Positions 33,771 to 47,670 of a stretch of 64,000 nucleotides of DNA are shown here, piece by piece. Within the stretch, counting starts at the first letter, position 1. Each line of letters starts with the position of its first letter. Made by a program: the position numbers and the translations under genes. The notes under the pieces are model-generated. The model saw only the letters and a program-made list of their open reading frames with translations. It made no database searches and was not told the DNA's origin. The stretch covers positions 4,340,001 to 4,404,000 of the forward strand of contig CM060734.1 of NCBI GenBank assembly GCA_030704615.1. Direction: 5' to 3'. The DNA comes from Takakia lepidozioides. Lineage: Eukaryota; Plantae; Bryophyta.

Positions 33771-36700
33771 AGCTCCGCGTTTCGCGGTGAGAGAGAGAGT
33801 GAAGGTGAGAGAAGCCCAACGGATCCTTACCCACCATCGTCTCTTCGGTGCGAAGTCTGCATCCTTGATCCCTCAAGCTCTCAATACCCTGCCCCTGAGA
33901 CGCCTACCTTTCTCAGATAAGGAAATTATCAAAACTCTACAAAACAAATGCTCTTTGTCTCAGCCCGGTTCGGAACCCAAACCCAAGCGGCGTCCTTTCA
34001 TTCATGCCATCCAAGCTTGACACTACGTCACAACCTGCTTCTAATCATCGCGCACCTCACGAAGTACTACTTACATTCGTGCCATATCCTGTAAAGACTT
34101 TGATGTACTATGATGAAACGAAGTTGGATCGACAGCCTGATGAACTTCCTCCCTTCATCCCACCCCGACCACCTCTGATGCTTTCATCAAGGCTTGCATA
34201 TTATCACCTTCATAACTCCAGCTGCCAAGCAGCTGTACACTTAGGATTCCCTCTCCCCTACAGGCCCAAGCCTCCCCTCATTCATCTCTCACTAATAGGC
34301 AGCCGACAACCTCTGCAAGCTCAAGCAGCTCCTCCCCCATTCATGCGCTCTTGATACCCCTCCTCAGCGCCGTTCCCTCTCTATCATCGTCTCCTCTACC
34401 TCACCTCTCCCTCTCGCTCCCTGTCATTCAGTGCACCACAGACTTGCATCTCTCCCTGCTAGCTTCTATCAACCTCATCTCTCTTCTGTCCCCAAAGCCT
34501 TCTTCCTGCTAGCAGATCTGCCTCTTGTTGTGATCCTTGTCAACTTGGTGTTGTTACCATCATTCTCCATGGATCCTTACCCAAGCAGTAGCCGTAAGGG
34601 AGCGGCTAAAGATCGCCGACAACACAACTACATTCGACTTCCAGTCTCTTGCAAATCGCAGCCCTCTTCGGGAACGGGCTTCTTCATGGCGCACCAGGCG
34701 CAAACCAAATTTGCATCGACAGTGGAGCGACCTCCCCAGCTCCACCTCCCCGGTCTTTCCTCGTCGCACTTCCTAGTCCATATTACACGCCCTCTGCATC
34801 AGTGCAATGGCGCCTCTGGCAACTCTCACAGTGTCGAAGGCAGCTTCAATGGAATCATGGAGGGGGCAACAGACACCATGCCGGAACGATCAGAGGCACC
34901 CTCGGCTCTGCAGCTTGCAATGTCCAAGAATGATCCACTGGTCGATGTAGACCTTGACTTCGTCGATGACATGGTCACCGAAATACAGGGAATGGGGGTG
35001 CTACTGCACTTCCCGGGAAAAAAAGTGGACAGAGATATAGCAAGAGAATGGGCAATCAAGCATTTGGGGGGATCAGGGGACATAAAGCAACAGTTCTGCC
35101 ACTCCAGGGGCAAAGGCTTCTATTCCATCCTGCTGGGTACAAAAGAAGCAGCGGATAGAGCCCTCTCATTGAACCCATACCTCCAGGGATTCAACGTTAA
35201 TATTTTCCCCTGGTCTGCGGCGCTAGGCAACCGTAACGGGAAAGTATGGGCCCCCAGGATTATAGCTCTTCCATATATCCCGGATCAGTACCTCTTCTGC
35301 CTACCTGATATAGGCAATCACTTTGGAGTTTTCTTAGGCTGCCTTTCGGTTTTTGATCCGGAAATGTGCACAAAGGCTCTAAAAAACATCCAGCGTGGAG
35401 GGGAGTAAAGCATCGAAAATTCATGATACAAGTTTTGCAAAGATTGTGGTCTCAATGCCAGCTGATGCAATGCTGCCAGAGTTTATTCATCTGCCAATTG
35501 ACAGGGAAGGTAATTATTTTTCAGTAAAAATCACTAAAGACACTTCATCTTCCACTTGCTACACCTGTGGCCAAACAGGCCATCTGAGGGTCAACTGCCC
35601 AAAAGCTAAGCGCAAGAGAACCTCCATGCATGGCTCCCCCAGCTCACAGGCACATGCTCTGGCTCACAATCTCAAATCAAGACAATTCCAGACTAATGCA
35701 AATCGAAAGGACCCTGATGCTGCACCCCCAGCAGCTGCAGTCCAGAAAGTAGCAGAAAGACACAATGACTTTCTCTTTCCCAACCAAGGAAATTGGGACT
35801 CCTTTCTGCCTCAATCTTCTACCTCTCCTCCCGGAAAGAGGCTTAAAGACCACGTGGATCCCATGAGGGCAGAAGCGGCAGCTACAGTATTGGCACCAGC
35901 TCCACAAATGGCTGGAGTTGCCCCGCCCCCCCGCCCCAGATCCGATCAAGCCCACAATTCTATCCCAAAGGCTGGCTCTAGCAAACCCCCGGCACACTTC
36001 CACACAAGGCAGATATCAACTGTGACTACATCAAAAGAAGGAAAAACTACAATTGCAATCAACCCTGTTATTGCTAGGAACTGTACAAGGCTCTGGTCAT
36101 TTCCAAGTTTGGCCCTGAGGGGTTGTTCGCAATTGTTACATGGGTCTGCCCCAAAGGCAGCATGCATCACTCCTCTCATTTTTCGAAGGATGCCACAACC
36201 AGCTCTTCTTGCCACTGCCCCACAAGGGATCGCTCTGGAGTCACACTGGATCACCACGGCGGACGTGAGGTACTTCATGGCTACCTCCCCTATCGATGGG
36301 GACCCCATCCCCACTCTTAGGGAGAAAATCTAGTCCATTCTTCTGAAGTACTCACCCAACTATTCATTGCAGGCCCACACAGTCATCACCTGGGGAGCCT
36401 ACGTTGAATAGTATCCTGGCCTGGTTTCAGATCTTACTCCATCAACCCAGATTCTAGCATTGATCGAGGAAAAAACGCTGCTCGGAAATCACCCCCAAGG
36501 CAAGGGCCTCTGGATTCATCTTCCCCCCTTTGACCAGCCCCCCCCCCCACCAACTTGGCAACCATTCGGGCAAGAGACACCATCCATTCTTCATTCACTC
36601 TCCCCACGCGACGCTGGAAGCCGAGGTTCATGAACAGAACGAGGCCATTGAGCTACGAAGGCTCACGGATCAGCAACAGCCTTCTTACAACCCCATCGGC

Positions 36701-39700
36701 CCCGACCCTCCCTCGTCTCCGGAAGCGCAACGGAGCCCAGCTCGCGCACACATGTCCACGACAAGCCTAACAAATCCACTCTCTCGGAATCGCAGCACCC
36801 GTCAGCTGAGAAGCAACCTTGTCTAGCATGTGCTACCACTGCCTTCGCCCACGCCCCTTCCCACTCAGTCACCCCCTGTCGCGGCCCTTTGCCTTGAGGG
36901 CAGGGGGTCGGGACACATGAGGGGCTGCCCCTGTGGTGGGGGCAGCGGCAACGATAGGTATGGGGAGCTGAAGCACCCTTGAGTGCCCAAGGCACTCAAG
37001 GAGGCGGAGGCGCTCACTAGGTGGAGCCCCGCACACCGGATTGCGGTGGGGGTGGCTCACAAGGGGTGGTGGTAGCTTAGCGGGACTTAGTGGGGGTGGC
37101 ATAGGACTCACCATGGGGACGGAGACCTCGTGGTGGGAGTCGTGGGGAGTCTTGGGACTCATCACGGTCCATAGGGGCCGTGGTGAGTGGGCCAAGACTC
37201 ACCGTGACTCATCACCGGGAGTCGAGGGTTTTCGTGGTGGTTCGCCATAAAATGGCATGGCTGGTTGTGAAACCCCCGCGGACAGCTACAAAAGTATATA
37301 TAGGGAGTAGTAACCCCGAGAACGGTGCAAGCCCGTTGGTGACCAAAAACTAGTGAGTAAGCGAGTGAGCCGAAAAGCGACCAAAGAGTGGGGAGCTGTT
37401 CCGGACTGCCAACTACCAAAGGGAATTCCCGCTGGTTCCAAATCGGTGGAGGGTTCTTTGGGAAAACAAAGGGGGACCGTTATGCCCCGGTGAGCAGCCG
37501 AAGCTCCAAGTTGGCCCGGCGGCCAGGTTGGGAGTCAGGCGCGCGCATCAAAGCAAGTAACTATGACTTGAGGGGGAGCTTACCGAAGTGAGGTGCGCGA
37601 CACCCCCTCTTCATGTAAGCCTCTACCTTCACCCCATTCCCTTCTTGGTGTTCTCTCCCTCCTCTACCTGGCAGAATAGGTGTAAAATTCTCTGTCTTAA
37701 ATCTGATGCCAGCTCAACAAGCAAAGTCTTACCATCTATAGCGGTCCCTGACAATCTCGTCGACTTAGCTTTGGAAATGTCTGTAGGTTCCCTCTCTCCA
37801 GAAACGCCAACTTCCCTTGGCCTTATCCTCCTCTCCGAGTTCTTCCTCCAGCTCACGGAGGCTCCCACAAAAATCTATACAGACTTAGTATCCTCTGCTC
37901 GTTTCTTGCCCCTTCTCGACGACTACCACCATCACCAACCGCTCAACCCTTTCACCCAAGTCCTGTTCATACAGCTTAGTAACCCCGCACCCGTAGCCTC
38001 TGTCAACTACAGATGGGTCTCATCCCCTCTTCCCTCCGACAAAAGAACTAAGTTCCAATACTCTCACACCAGGCCATCAATTGAGAAATTCCCCCTCAGC
38101 CTGTCTATACCTCAAGATGCAGGTTAGTATTCACTCGTGGAACATTAGGGGGATTGGCTCCGACCAGGCAAACACAAAAAAAATCAAACTACGCACCTGG
38201 TTGGCACCACTCCAACGAAAGGAGGCTATCGTGTTCATCCAAGAACACAAGCTCTGCCAGCAAAAAATCTCTAACCTCTCTGACCAACTCTGGCCAGCAT
38301 CTGCTGCCCTCTGGAAACCTTCCTATGCCGGCTCAAGGGGGGGTACCGCCATCCTCCTTGCACCCTCCTTAGTTCAGTTCATCCTCAGGGAGGAAGTTTG
38401 GGAGCCAGGTCGAGTCCAGTTCTGCTCTCTCAAACTTCCCAGCCAACCTGACCCTCTTGGCTTTGTTAACATTTACGCTCGAACTCCTACTTAGAACGTA
38501 TTGATCTTTGGGCCCTCATCAACCAAAAAATGTCCTCGCAAACAACTGCCCACTCTTGGATTCTGGTTGGAGATTTCAATATGGTAGACAGCAACCAAGA
38601 TAGACGAGGTTTGGCATCTCATCATCTTAACCCTGATGAGGAGGCCCCTTGGCTCTCTCTCCTCCAAACTCATAGCCTTTCGGAAATTGACTCAAATCCT
38701 AGCCCCCCGAGAAGGAATAACCCTTTCTTCACTTGGACAAACAACCGCACCCTCCAGGACCTCTGCATGGCCAGATTGGATAGAATATATATCTCAATCT
38801 CAATCTCTAATGGAGCAAGCCGTCACCCGCAAGAACCCATTGCTCATGGGTTCGATCATGCCATTGTTTCAGCCTCACTCTCCATGCCCTATAAAAGTAG
38901 GAGAGGTAGAGGTATCTACAAGCTCAACACTTCACATCTCCTCATCCCCTCTTTCAAGCTGAACACTGCGTCATTCATAATCTTAGGGTCGGAGGATTTA
39001 GTGCCCCGGTTGTCCAAGTAGAGCTCGTGAACCCTCTGGAGAGACCTTTTAAGTTTGACTTTCTCGAAGAAGTATCTTTTCACCTTTTGCTGACCAGTTG
39101 ATGTCTGCTTGCATACGCATTTTCTGCTCTTGCTTGAGCTGGAACATGTCTAGGTTTTGGCGGGCTTCCAGGTAGGTTTGGAAGGTATGGTCATCGCAGG
39201 TGTTGTTTTCTTGCCCTAGTGTTTCTTCTGCAGCCTGAAGTGTAGATGGAGTGGCATCCAACAGCAGGAAGGTGTCGTCAACAAACATTGAGTCCTTGAC
39301 TTGGATTGAGATTTGTGCCACGGGGTTCCGTATGTGCAACCCTTGAATGGACAAGTTTCTATCAAACAGGTAACCCAGGGCGTCTGCTACGAAGAGGAAC
39401 ATGAATGGGGCAAGTGGGCAACCTTGTCTCACCGATCGGTGAAGCTGAAAGGGCTTGGAGAGATGACCGTTAACTATTACCCTGCTGGTTGAGTGTTGCA
39501 ATAGGATCATGACCCAATTACGGAATGCCTGGGGCATCCCTACCTTAGCCAGAATCTCAAGAAGAAAGCCCCAATCTACTTTATCGAATGCCTTTCCAAA
39601 ATCCAATAACCAGAGTGCCACAGCCTATCCGGATGCTGTTGCAAAGTAAGCTGCCTCATGAGCCAGCAGTACATTATCCAAGATGTATCTCCCCTTAATG

Positions 39701-42700
39701 AAACATGTCTGATCCATTCTAATCAGTGCGGGAAGGAGAGGCTGCAGACGGAGAGCCAGAGCTTTGGCAATTATTTTATAGGCCACGTTCAAAAGAGTGA
39801 TTGGTCTATAGTTGTTGATGTATGCCCTGTCTCCCTTTTTGAACAAGAGAGTTATTACCTCTTGGGCCATAGAGGAAGGCATGATCCCGTCGGATTTAAT
39901 CCTATTGGCCATAGAGCAGAAGTCTTGGGAAATGTGAGGCCACATTGCCTTGTAGAACTCCACTGGCATGCCGTCAATACCCGGGGCTTTTTTGTTATTC
40001 ATTTTGTCCAAGGCCTTCCCGAGCTCAAGAAGAGTGAAGTCAGCTTCTAGATCTTGAGATAGATGAGGCTGAAGTTTACGGGGCACTGCCGAGAGCACTT
40101 CATCCAAATAATCACGATGCTGGGGTTCCTTTGGATCCGCTTGGAAGAGTTTGCCGGCTTCAGAGTGAATTGGTCTAAAACCAAAGCCCTTCTGATTGGG
40201 GATATATCCAAATCCACCATAGGCTCGGTACCCACATGGGGAAATGACTCTGGACTGTTCTGGCTGAAGGAGGGCGAACCCACAACTCTCTTGGGCCACA
40301 CTTTCGGAATCAACCTCACAGACAAGCAGAGAATGGGCCCTACGTTGACAGCTCTTAAGAGACAAGTGGCATACTGGGGCTCCCGTTTTCTAACCATTAC
40401 AGGTAGGGCTCTAATCGCAAATCAGATCCTCCAGGCAGGGATCTGGTATTTCGTAGCCAGCTGGAAGCCTGACCCTGAATTTCTGGGAGAGGTTAAGAGA
40501 TGCATCCGGAACTTCATTTGGGGTGCCCAATCGACCACCCAGAACAAGAGGCCACAGGTCTCCTGGAAGCAAATCTGCCTTCCTAAGAAAAAAAGATGCA
40601 TGGGAGTGCTCGATCCAGCAACTCAAATGCTGGCACTCTTGGGAAAATGGTTACCAAGGTTCCTTGGGCCGGAGGGTGGTTGGTGGAAATTACTGGTAGG
40701 ACAGGCTATCTCACTCAGCTCCCCACTAAGTCACACCCAATGGATACCCTCTATGAGGTGGATAACTCAAGGGTTTAGGCACAAATCCATTGGTTCACCC
40801 CTTTGGGTCTCAATCTGGGAAGCATGGAATAAATTTAGACCCTTCCTACTCAAATCAGAACCTACATCTTTCCAAGAGACAATGAGGCAACACCTCTTTC
40901 TCAATGAGGCTACCCCATCTCCCTTACAGCGCACTCAGGCCAGGAGGTGGGCAAAGTGGGAAACCAAATGATACTCTCAAATTGCCCACCTGTGGGCAAA
41001 GCCCTCTGAATCCCTTCAAGCGGCCCTGGGTACAAGAAGGCTAACATCCGGCATCGATTCCATTGTAACAAATATCCCAGACTCCTGGAAACTAATCCTA
41101 CAAAATGGTCAACCCCTGCATTCTCCTCATAACTGGGTTGTGGCTTCAGGCAAACCCTACTCGATAATGTATACTACAGAGGTGAAACATGGCATACTAA
41201 CTGGCTATGCATTCAAAGCGGATACCTACTCCGGGTTCTTGACACTCTTCTCGCACACTACCCAAAGTCTCTGCTGCATAGATGCCTTGCCGGCAAGAAT
41301 CTGCCTGTGGTCCTCCCCTGCCAAAGATTTCAACCTTTCTGCCCCAGAGGGAACACCCCCTTTTCCTTGGCTTCTCTCTGCCTCCTTTGCCTGGATTGGT
41401 GGCATGCCTCTCCAGGACCTGCAAATAGACCCTGGAGAGTGGCAGTGGAAATTTGGGGACACCAAATTAGGATTCTTCTCCTACTCGGCTAAGAAGGCAT
41501 ATAGGGCCCTTGCAAATGCCAAATCCCTTCCGGGCAAATGGAATGCAAGATGGCAGCATGAATACTTCCATGAGGAAAATTGGGGAGACATCTGGAAACT
41601 CATTTGGGAAAAATCTAAGCCCGCAAAAATTAGTGCCCTCCTCTGGCAGGTAGCAAACAGGGTGCTCAAGGTCGGGCACTTTCTCAATTTCCCTGAGGCC
41701 CCTGCTTTGCTCATGCTGTCAATCGGGACCATTGAAACACTGGAACACTGTCTCATTCATTGTCAAGCACCCCGTCTGTTATGGCCATTTATTGACTCGT
41801 TCTATAGTGCTTCATGGGAAGCGTTCCCCTCCAACAAGGTGGTAATACTTCTCAACTATGACAGGACTACCAAATCCATAGCAATTGACTGTCCGGTCTA
41901 TGAAGCCTTGAGGGGATACACTCTATGGCATCTATGGAAAGCCAGATGTTCATGGTCCTTGGACAATGTCAACTCCACGGCCACTGCTACACTCACAAAC
42001 ATATTTTTTGATCTTACCATAGCAGCTAAACTTGCTTGGGAAAAAGTGCGTGCAGGCATCGTCAAACACCCAGAGCGGCAGCATGCCCTCATCAGTTCCT
42101 TCAGGGGCACTTGGGGCAGAAACGACGTCATCTGCACATGCACGGGAGCGAGAGATTGTGTCTGGCCTGGGGAAATCCCCCCTCAATGGCAACACCACAG
42201 AGCCCTCCTCTTCCGCTTCTCCTGAGTTTGATAAGGATGTCAACTGTAAGCATGTGAAGACTGGCAAAAGGACCAAGCTGCTCTACAGATAGATCTCCCC
42301 TCCTCTCCACTTCTGCACTTAGATTTTCTCTGCTCTCTACAATGGTTCTATGCAAGGAAAATCTTCTTCAAGGAGAGATTGGTCCCCCATGCTTATCTAT
42401 TATGCACAACGTAGCACCAGAGAGCCTCTTCAAGGCTACACGCATTGGGCTTGTCCCACGTTATTTCTGTTTTCTCGAAACTGGTTTCGGTCATCGGTCC
42501 TGCCAGAAGGTTCTGCAGTACAGTCTTAGTTCATCGGGATATCCGTCACGCCCTGTCGTGTGTTAAGCCTTATGGCAGCCTTCGAGCATCAAAGGGTTTT
42601 AATTTTTTTCCCTTCAAATAATTCAAATAAAGTTATGAGGCTAAGCCCTCTTCTCTAAAAAAAAAAAAAAAAAAAAGAAGAAAAAAAAATCTCAATAAAA

Positions 42701-42727
42701 TTAATTCAGGGCCTTCCTCTGTTCGGG

Positions 42728-42780
<53 letters not shown>
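33771..42780 (+). mobile_element. L1-clade LINE copy 2, near full length: 5' UTR, long ORF1 (~34570-38127), ORF2 (38117-42225), 3' UTR, poly(A); RT segment internally inverted
   Basis: CYTCGQTGHLRVNC; MQVSIHSWNIRG, FIQEHK, GDFNM, ARLDRIY; RT on the minus strand at 39218-40152 (NYRPITLLN, LDFGKAFD, RQGCPLAP, MFVDD); zf-RVT-like ETLEHCLIHC; A-tracts at 42657-42689 and 42728-42780. Confidence 0.95.
36877..37602. mobile_element. Solo LTR (726 bp) inserted in L1 ORF1
   Basis: Termini TGTCGCG...CGCGACA; 5-bp TSD CCCCC at 36872-36876 and 37603-37607; TATA-like TATATATA at ~37295. Confidence 0.85.
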
Positions 42781-42783
<3 letters not shown>

Positions 42784-42818
42784 GATCCACGGAGTGGGGG
42801 CGCAATGAGAGTCCCTTG

Positions 42819-43260
42819 AGCTCAGTGTTTTGCGGTGAGAGAAGAACCCAACGGTCTCTTGGTCTCTCTCACCTGGATCCCTGCGAGTCGGGTTGCATCG
42901 GATGCGAAAACTTTTTCGATTCCTTTGTATGCGTGTTTTTCGTTTTCTATACGATTAACAGCGCTTCATATTTTGTGGTTTCCTGATCACTCCTTTCTCT
43001 TTCATCCCCAGGCCTCATTGTATTCATTCATCATTTTACATGCAGGCCGCCGCCTTCAAGCCGTAACTCCCCCTTCCCTCCACCCAGCTGCCGGCTGATA
43101 ATTATGGCGTATTACTCTTGTCCTGTCACCTCGTATCCAGGATGGCGCTAATGCTCGAGCTCTGTCTCAGCGGATCGCCTCCGCGCTTTTCCCTAGCTTC
43201 TCCCTTACTCTCCCCCACCCGGCATCCTACCAACTCCAGTCGTTTGGCGATCGCTTATGC
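42819..43260 (+). mobile_element. 5' end of a further L1 of the same family (truncated)
   Basis: AGCTCAGTGTTTTGCGGTGAGAGAAGAACCCAACGG matches AGCTCCGCGTTTCGCGGTGAGAGA...AAGCCCAACGG at 33771, followed by a similar pyrimidine-rich UTR. Confidence 0.65.
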
Positions 43261-45499
43261 TCTTTGATGAGTGAACTTGTCACACACTGATCAGTTGTAG
43301 GCCGTGTGCATGTAAGCTTACAGTACAAGGGCTATATGAAGGCCATCTTTGGCTGTAAAAGCCTGGATGGGAGACCAGGCTATGATGGAGGTCGGATGCG
43401 TTGCTACATTTAAGGCATTAGAGACCTGTCACATATCACCGTGGGCCGGTTGGCCAGTCCACATGTAGAGCCATGCGATTCCAGACAGTGGTTCACCCCA
43501 CTGTTTGGCTCACTGTGGCCAATGTTGTGTAGAACTTCTTAAATTGGAGTTTTGAACCTACAATTATATGAAGCGTGAGGTTACGAATCAGATTGCTTGA
43601 TCAGAGGTCGTACACATTTCGGACATGCACATGCCTTCCATATTGTTCAAGGTTCTTTCCCTTCCTACCAACTTGGCTTCCTTAGATTCACACGTACATG
43701 TAAATTCATGTAAATTGAAAATCCACCCGTTTTGGATCACATCATCGGTCAAAGGAATGGGCCCTTTGGCATGCAACAGTTGAAGCTTCGGGGTGTTCAG
43801 GACTGCATTCTAAGTACCATATGGAAGGGGAAAAATACACTAGAGTCGATGTACAAGTTTTCTTTTGCTAGCAATAGCACACTACTTGCAAGGAAAGGAA
43901 GTTTAACGTCAGCGATTTACAATCTACCACAGTGTCGAGGTGGTGCCAACTTCAGATTCTCCTATTACATTGGCCATACCTTCCACACAAGACATCTGGT
44001 CTCGGCACAAGCCTCTTGTACCCCTCGTCGCCCACATCCTCACCAGAACTAACTTTGGGGATGTCAGAACTGCAATATACAGTGGATGTTTCCTCGTGGG
44101 CCAATCCTAGTGCACAAATTAACCCACTGCGGGCACTATGAAAGTAGAGCTGGTCGATAAGAATATTCACGGACGAAAAGTGTGCGATGCACGTCACCTG
44201 GGAGGGATGCTAGATTCATTATACTTACAATGAGGAGCTTTTGGACTTTCTTCATTGGAACTTCCGCCGAAGCTTCTCCAGACCAAAATACATTCCAGAA
44301 TCTAGACGTTCTCAAATGTCAACTGTTAAAGTTGCTGTCCAACTTCAGAACTCTTTCATTTATTCACCTTCTGCTAATTTAATCTCAAAAGGAAAGAGAG
44401 GGCACATCGCAAATTCTACTCACGAGTCACTAGCGCATACTTTATAGCTGCTAGCTATGTGGAAGAATGTGAACTCTTGACTATGGAGCGTGGAAGAGAA
44501 TGAGCGAAGAGGAATTGCTCAGACGTGGACGCTTTCTCGTCATTAGGTGGAACGTATGGTTGGAAGTTGGAACGTTGGAACCTAGGCCCATCGGTTGTCT
44601 GCATATTAGCTTGCTGTTGAGCAAATTTAGTAGTGCTAAAAATAATGGAATGTCTGTTGGGCAGCTTACAAGTTGGCTATAGACAAATAAGCCCCCCAAG
44701 TTTGCGTGGGCCCTGTCCATTAGAGGGTGGTCCAGGAATTAAAAAGCGGGGGTTATAGTAAGCTACACCATGATTTGAATTAATAAGCGTCATGTAAGGG
44801 GGTAAGAAAAAAGGAAAGTAGGAAGGCGACAACTATTAAATGGGGGATGGTTTAGGTACGTACTAGGCTCTACACATGCAGGGCCCCACAAAAAATGCAA
44901 ACATGAACCATAGATGTATTAATTAATAGGGACAGTGAGCTGAATAAGGGGCCTGTGACACATGACATATAAGTACCCAACATCAGTTGGGGGAAATTTT
45001 GAAGGTAAAAAAAGCAGAGACAATTGGAGGGACCTATAGGGATGTAGGAGAGGGTGCAGTAGAGCGAAGCAGAAGGGCGATGGGATGAAGACGTGTGTGC
45101 AGCCACGTCAGTTGCCCATTGTGGGAATGTGCACACCTGGCGCGAATCAGACTTCTAGAACGTCAGCGAAGGCGAGAGATGGCTGGGCCCACCGCCCTGA
45201 GAGGGTATAAGGGAGGGTCTAGCCCTCTGCGCTCCAACTTACTACCTACTACTAACTAATTTACACCCAAGGCGTCCTAAAAAGCAAAAATATGGAACAC
45301 ACACCATAAGAAAATTATATGCTATCTCAAAAATAAGTATCTAGAATACTAGATTAGAATTAGACATAGTAATTAGACTATTCATTTGGGGAGTTTGGAA
45401 AGGTCGGAAAACTGGACACGGTGGGAACAGCCAATCGCGTGGGATCGCGGGAGGCTTGGAGAGGAAGGAAGTGGCTCGAGTGGACGTAGACACGTGTAT

Positions 45500-45684
45500 G
45501 CCTAGGCTAGCATAGAAGCCCTCCTTCTCCTTCTAGAGCTTTCCAGAAGTAGCAGTGGGATGAGGCAGTGGCCCCTTCTAGAAGGCTCTACTACCGCTTT
45601 AAGAGAGTATATAAAGCGGGTAAGGGGTATACATTTTATAGGGTTTCTTCCGCCTCCCTTTGGTGGGCTCTGCAAGCAGCCCCC
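45500..45684 (+). promoter_or_regulatory. Dispersed repeat carrying heat-shock-element-like motifs and a TATA box
   Basis: TTCtaGAGctTTCcaGAA at 45531-45548, TTCTAGAA at 45576, TATATAAA at 45608; homologous to 49450-49670; related cores at 45150-45260 and 30270-30365 (minus). Confidence 0.55.
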
Positions 45685-46617
45685 GGGTAGTTGTAGGCTA
45701 CGATGGACCAAGAACTACGTAACATGGCAGTTTCTGCAGTGACCTCAGTGAAAACAAATGTGGGGGTGGCGTACAATGATGAGTGTGGATGATATCCAAA
45801 CAGATGGAGGGGTTCTATATATTCTGGAACCTCAACCAAAATGTATTTAGCAAATATCTGACAATGAAACCACAACAATTACTTGTTTACTTACATTGGT
45901 TTGTTTTTGTGCGCCAGATGGCCATGGTACCTTTTATAGTAAAATCACAACTCAATATTTCATACAAATTTATATGGTCTAATATTTGTAACTACAGTAG
46001 AGACATATTCCAATTTTTTTATTTTAAAAATGATCATCTATGAAAGAGCTATGGACTCTTAAAGTTGAATCTTATGGACTGCAGTGTTACATATGAAAAA
46101 CCATATGGACTAAAAAAACATCATATACACCTAAGTAATAGCAAAAAAGAAAACACATTAGGGGTGCCTTTTCGAAAGCTACCCAAATGCATTTTTATAT
46201 GGACAAAAAACATCAAAGAATAAGAGGTATGGACTAATTTACTCTCAACAGTGGCCCAAACTGGGCTTATTTTTCCTAATGTACATCATCCTCATTTAGA
46301 GGTTTTTGGGATATCATCATATTACTAAAAAGGTGTAAAAACCCATAATCTAGAGGTGCCAAGTGATATATGGAAAAAAAATTCTAAAAATTCTAATTAT
46401 TAGAAATAAAAAATGGTTTTCTTTTTTTCAGAATTTAATACTAAAATTTCTAATAAAAACATTCTAGCCTATTTGGGGTGGGAACTTTTATTAAAGTGTT
46501 AAATATATCATATCTATCATCTAAAATTAAGTATTTGAATAACTTCCCTCAATTTGAGGTACCTATATGGATTTTCATGGAGCCTCTTTTGGTCCACCGT
46601 ACCCTGCAACTGCCCCC
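45685..46617. mobile_element. Tourist-like MITE, related in style to 15972-16737
   Basis: Imperfect ~28-bp TIRs GGGTAGTTGTAGGCTACGATGGACCAA and TTGGTCCACCGTACCCTGCAACTGCCC, TTA on the right; internal TATGGAC motifs; the paralogous empty site is visible at ~49635-49665. Confidence 0.75.
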
Positions 46618-47670
46618 TTAGAAAATTAAATTTGGAACCTGAACCATAATAAATAGAAGTGTTACTATGTACAAACTCACTACCGCATACTAGGGTATAT
46701 ATAGTATTGCATTGCCTACAATCTAAAAGTGAGCTTTGACATGATCAGATATAAAGCTCTCCTAAAGGCCCGCCTCCAAGATGCACGCCAGTAATGCCAC
46801 CTTTGTCTAAAAGAAGCTTTTGTAGAAGGTGGGGTGGGCTAGCATCAATCCTCGTCATCTCCGCATGGTTACCCACACACATCATCATCATCAAAACACT
46901 CACAAAGTTGTTCCACCAACCAGTGTCACTCATTCAGTTCTCAACTTCCACCTCCACGTAAACCTTCAAATTCAATTTTTGCTACGTTGTCACCCCAAGC
47001 ACTCTGTTCAATTGCCAAGCTTTGGGACCCTCCTTACTAAAGAGGATCCAAGCATGATCAACTAATCAACTCGTAAAGACCCTGCCAGGATTTCTTAGTT
47101 AGAGAGGATGGCATCTAGGCGGCATAAGGTTCCTCCTCTCCTCGAGAGGAAGGAAGGCACCTTCCTGCTCTTGTGAGCCGCCCGATCCAGGAAATCTCAG
47201 CCATCAAATCCTTGTTGTTTCTTTACGCAGGGTGAGGCCCTCCGACCTACACTAAACGTAAAGATTTTCCAGCTTGTGTTTTTAGGGATCTTCTGGAGCA
47301 GAATTTCCCGCTGCAGGTCTAACAAATTTCCTTGTAAGGCGGGGCCCACTTCTTTCTTGTATTTATCTTTCTGTTTCTTTACTTCTTGTCCTTTTCCTAG
47401 TACGATTGAGAAATAAGCTGAAAAGAAATAAGCTGGAAAGAAATAAGTTGGAAAATCTTAGGCAGGGGAGAAGTACCACTTTCCCTTGGTACTCCCGCCT
47501 TTCTCGGTCTGCTCACTTGGGCTACGCCCACATTCGCAAACCTCAAAAGGCCCAAGCACCTCGGGCCAGAGACTTCCCCTACTCTAGTCTGATCGTCTGA
47601 ACACCAACTAATCTGACGTAACTGAACACCGTGCAGTCCTATGTCCAGAATATCTACATCAACTTTTTAA

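Noticed and set aside
43588-44720. Spliced gene on the minus strand
   Set aside because: Some splice-like signals, but no consistent frame or recognisable motif.
46650-47600. LTR or solo LTR ending ...CTAACA at ~47324
   Set aside because: No matching TG start, TSD, PBS or second copy identified.
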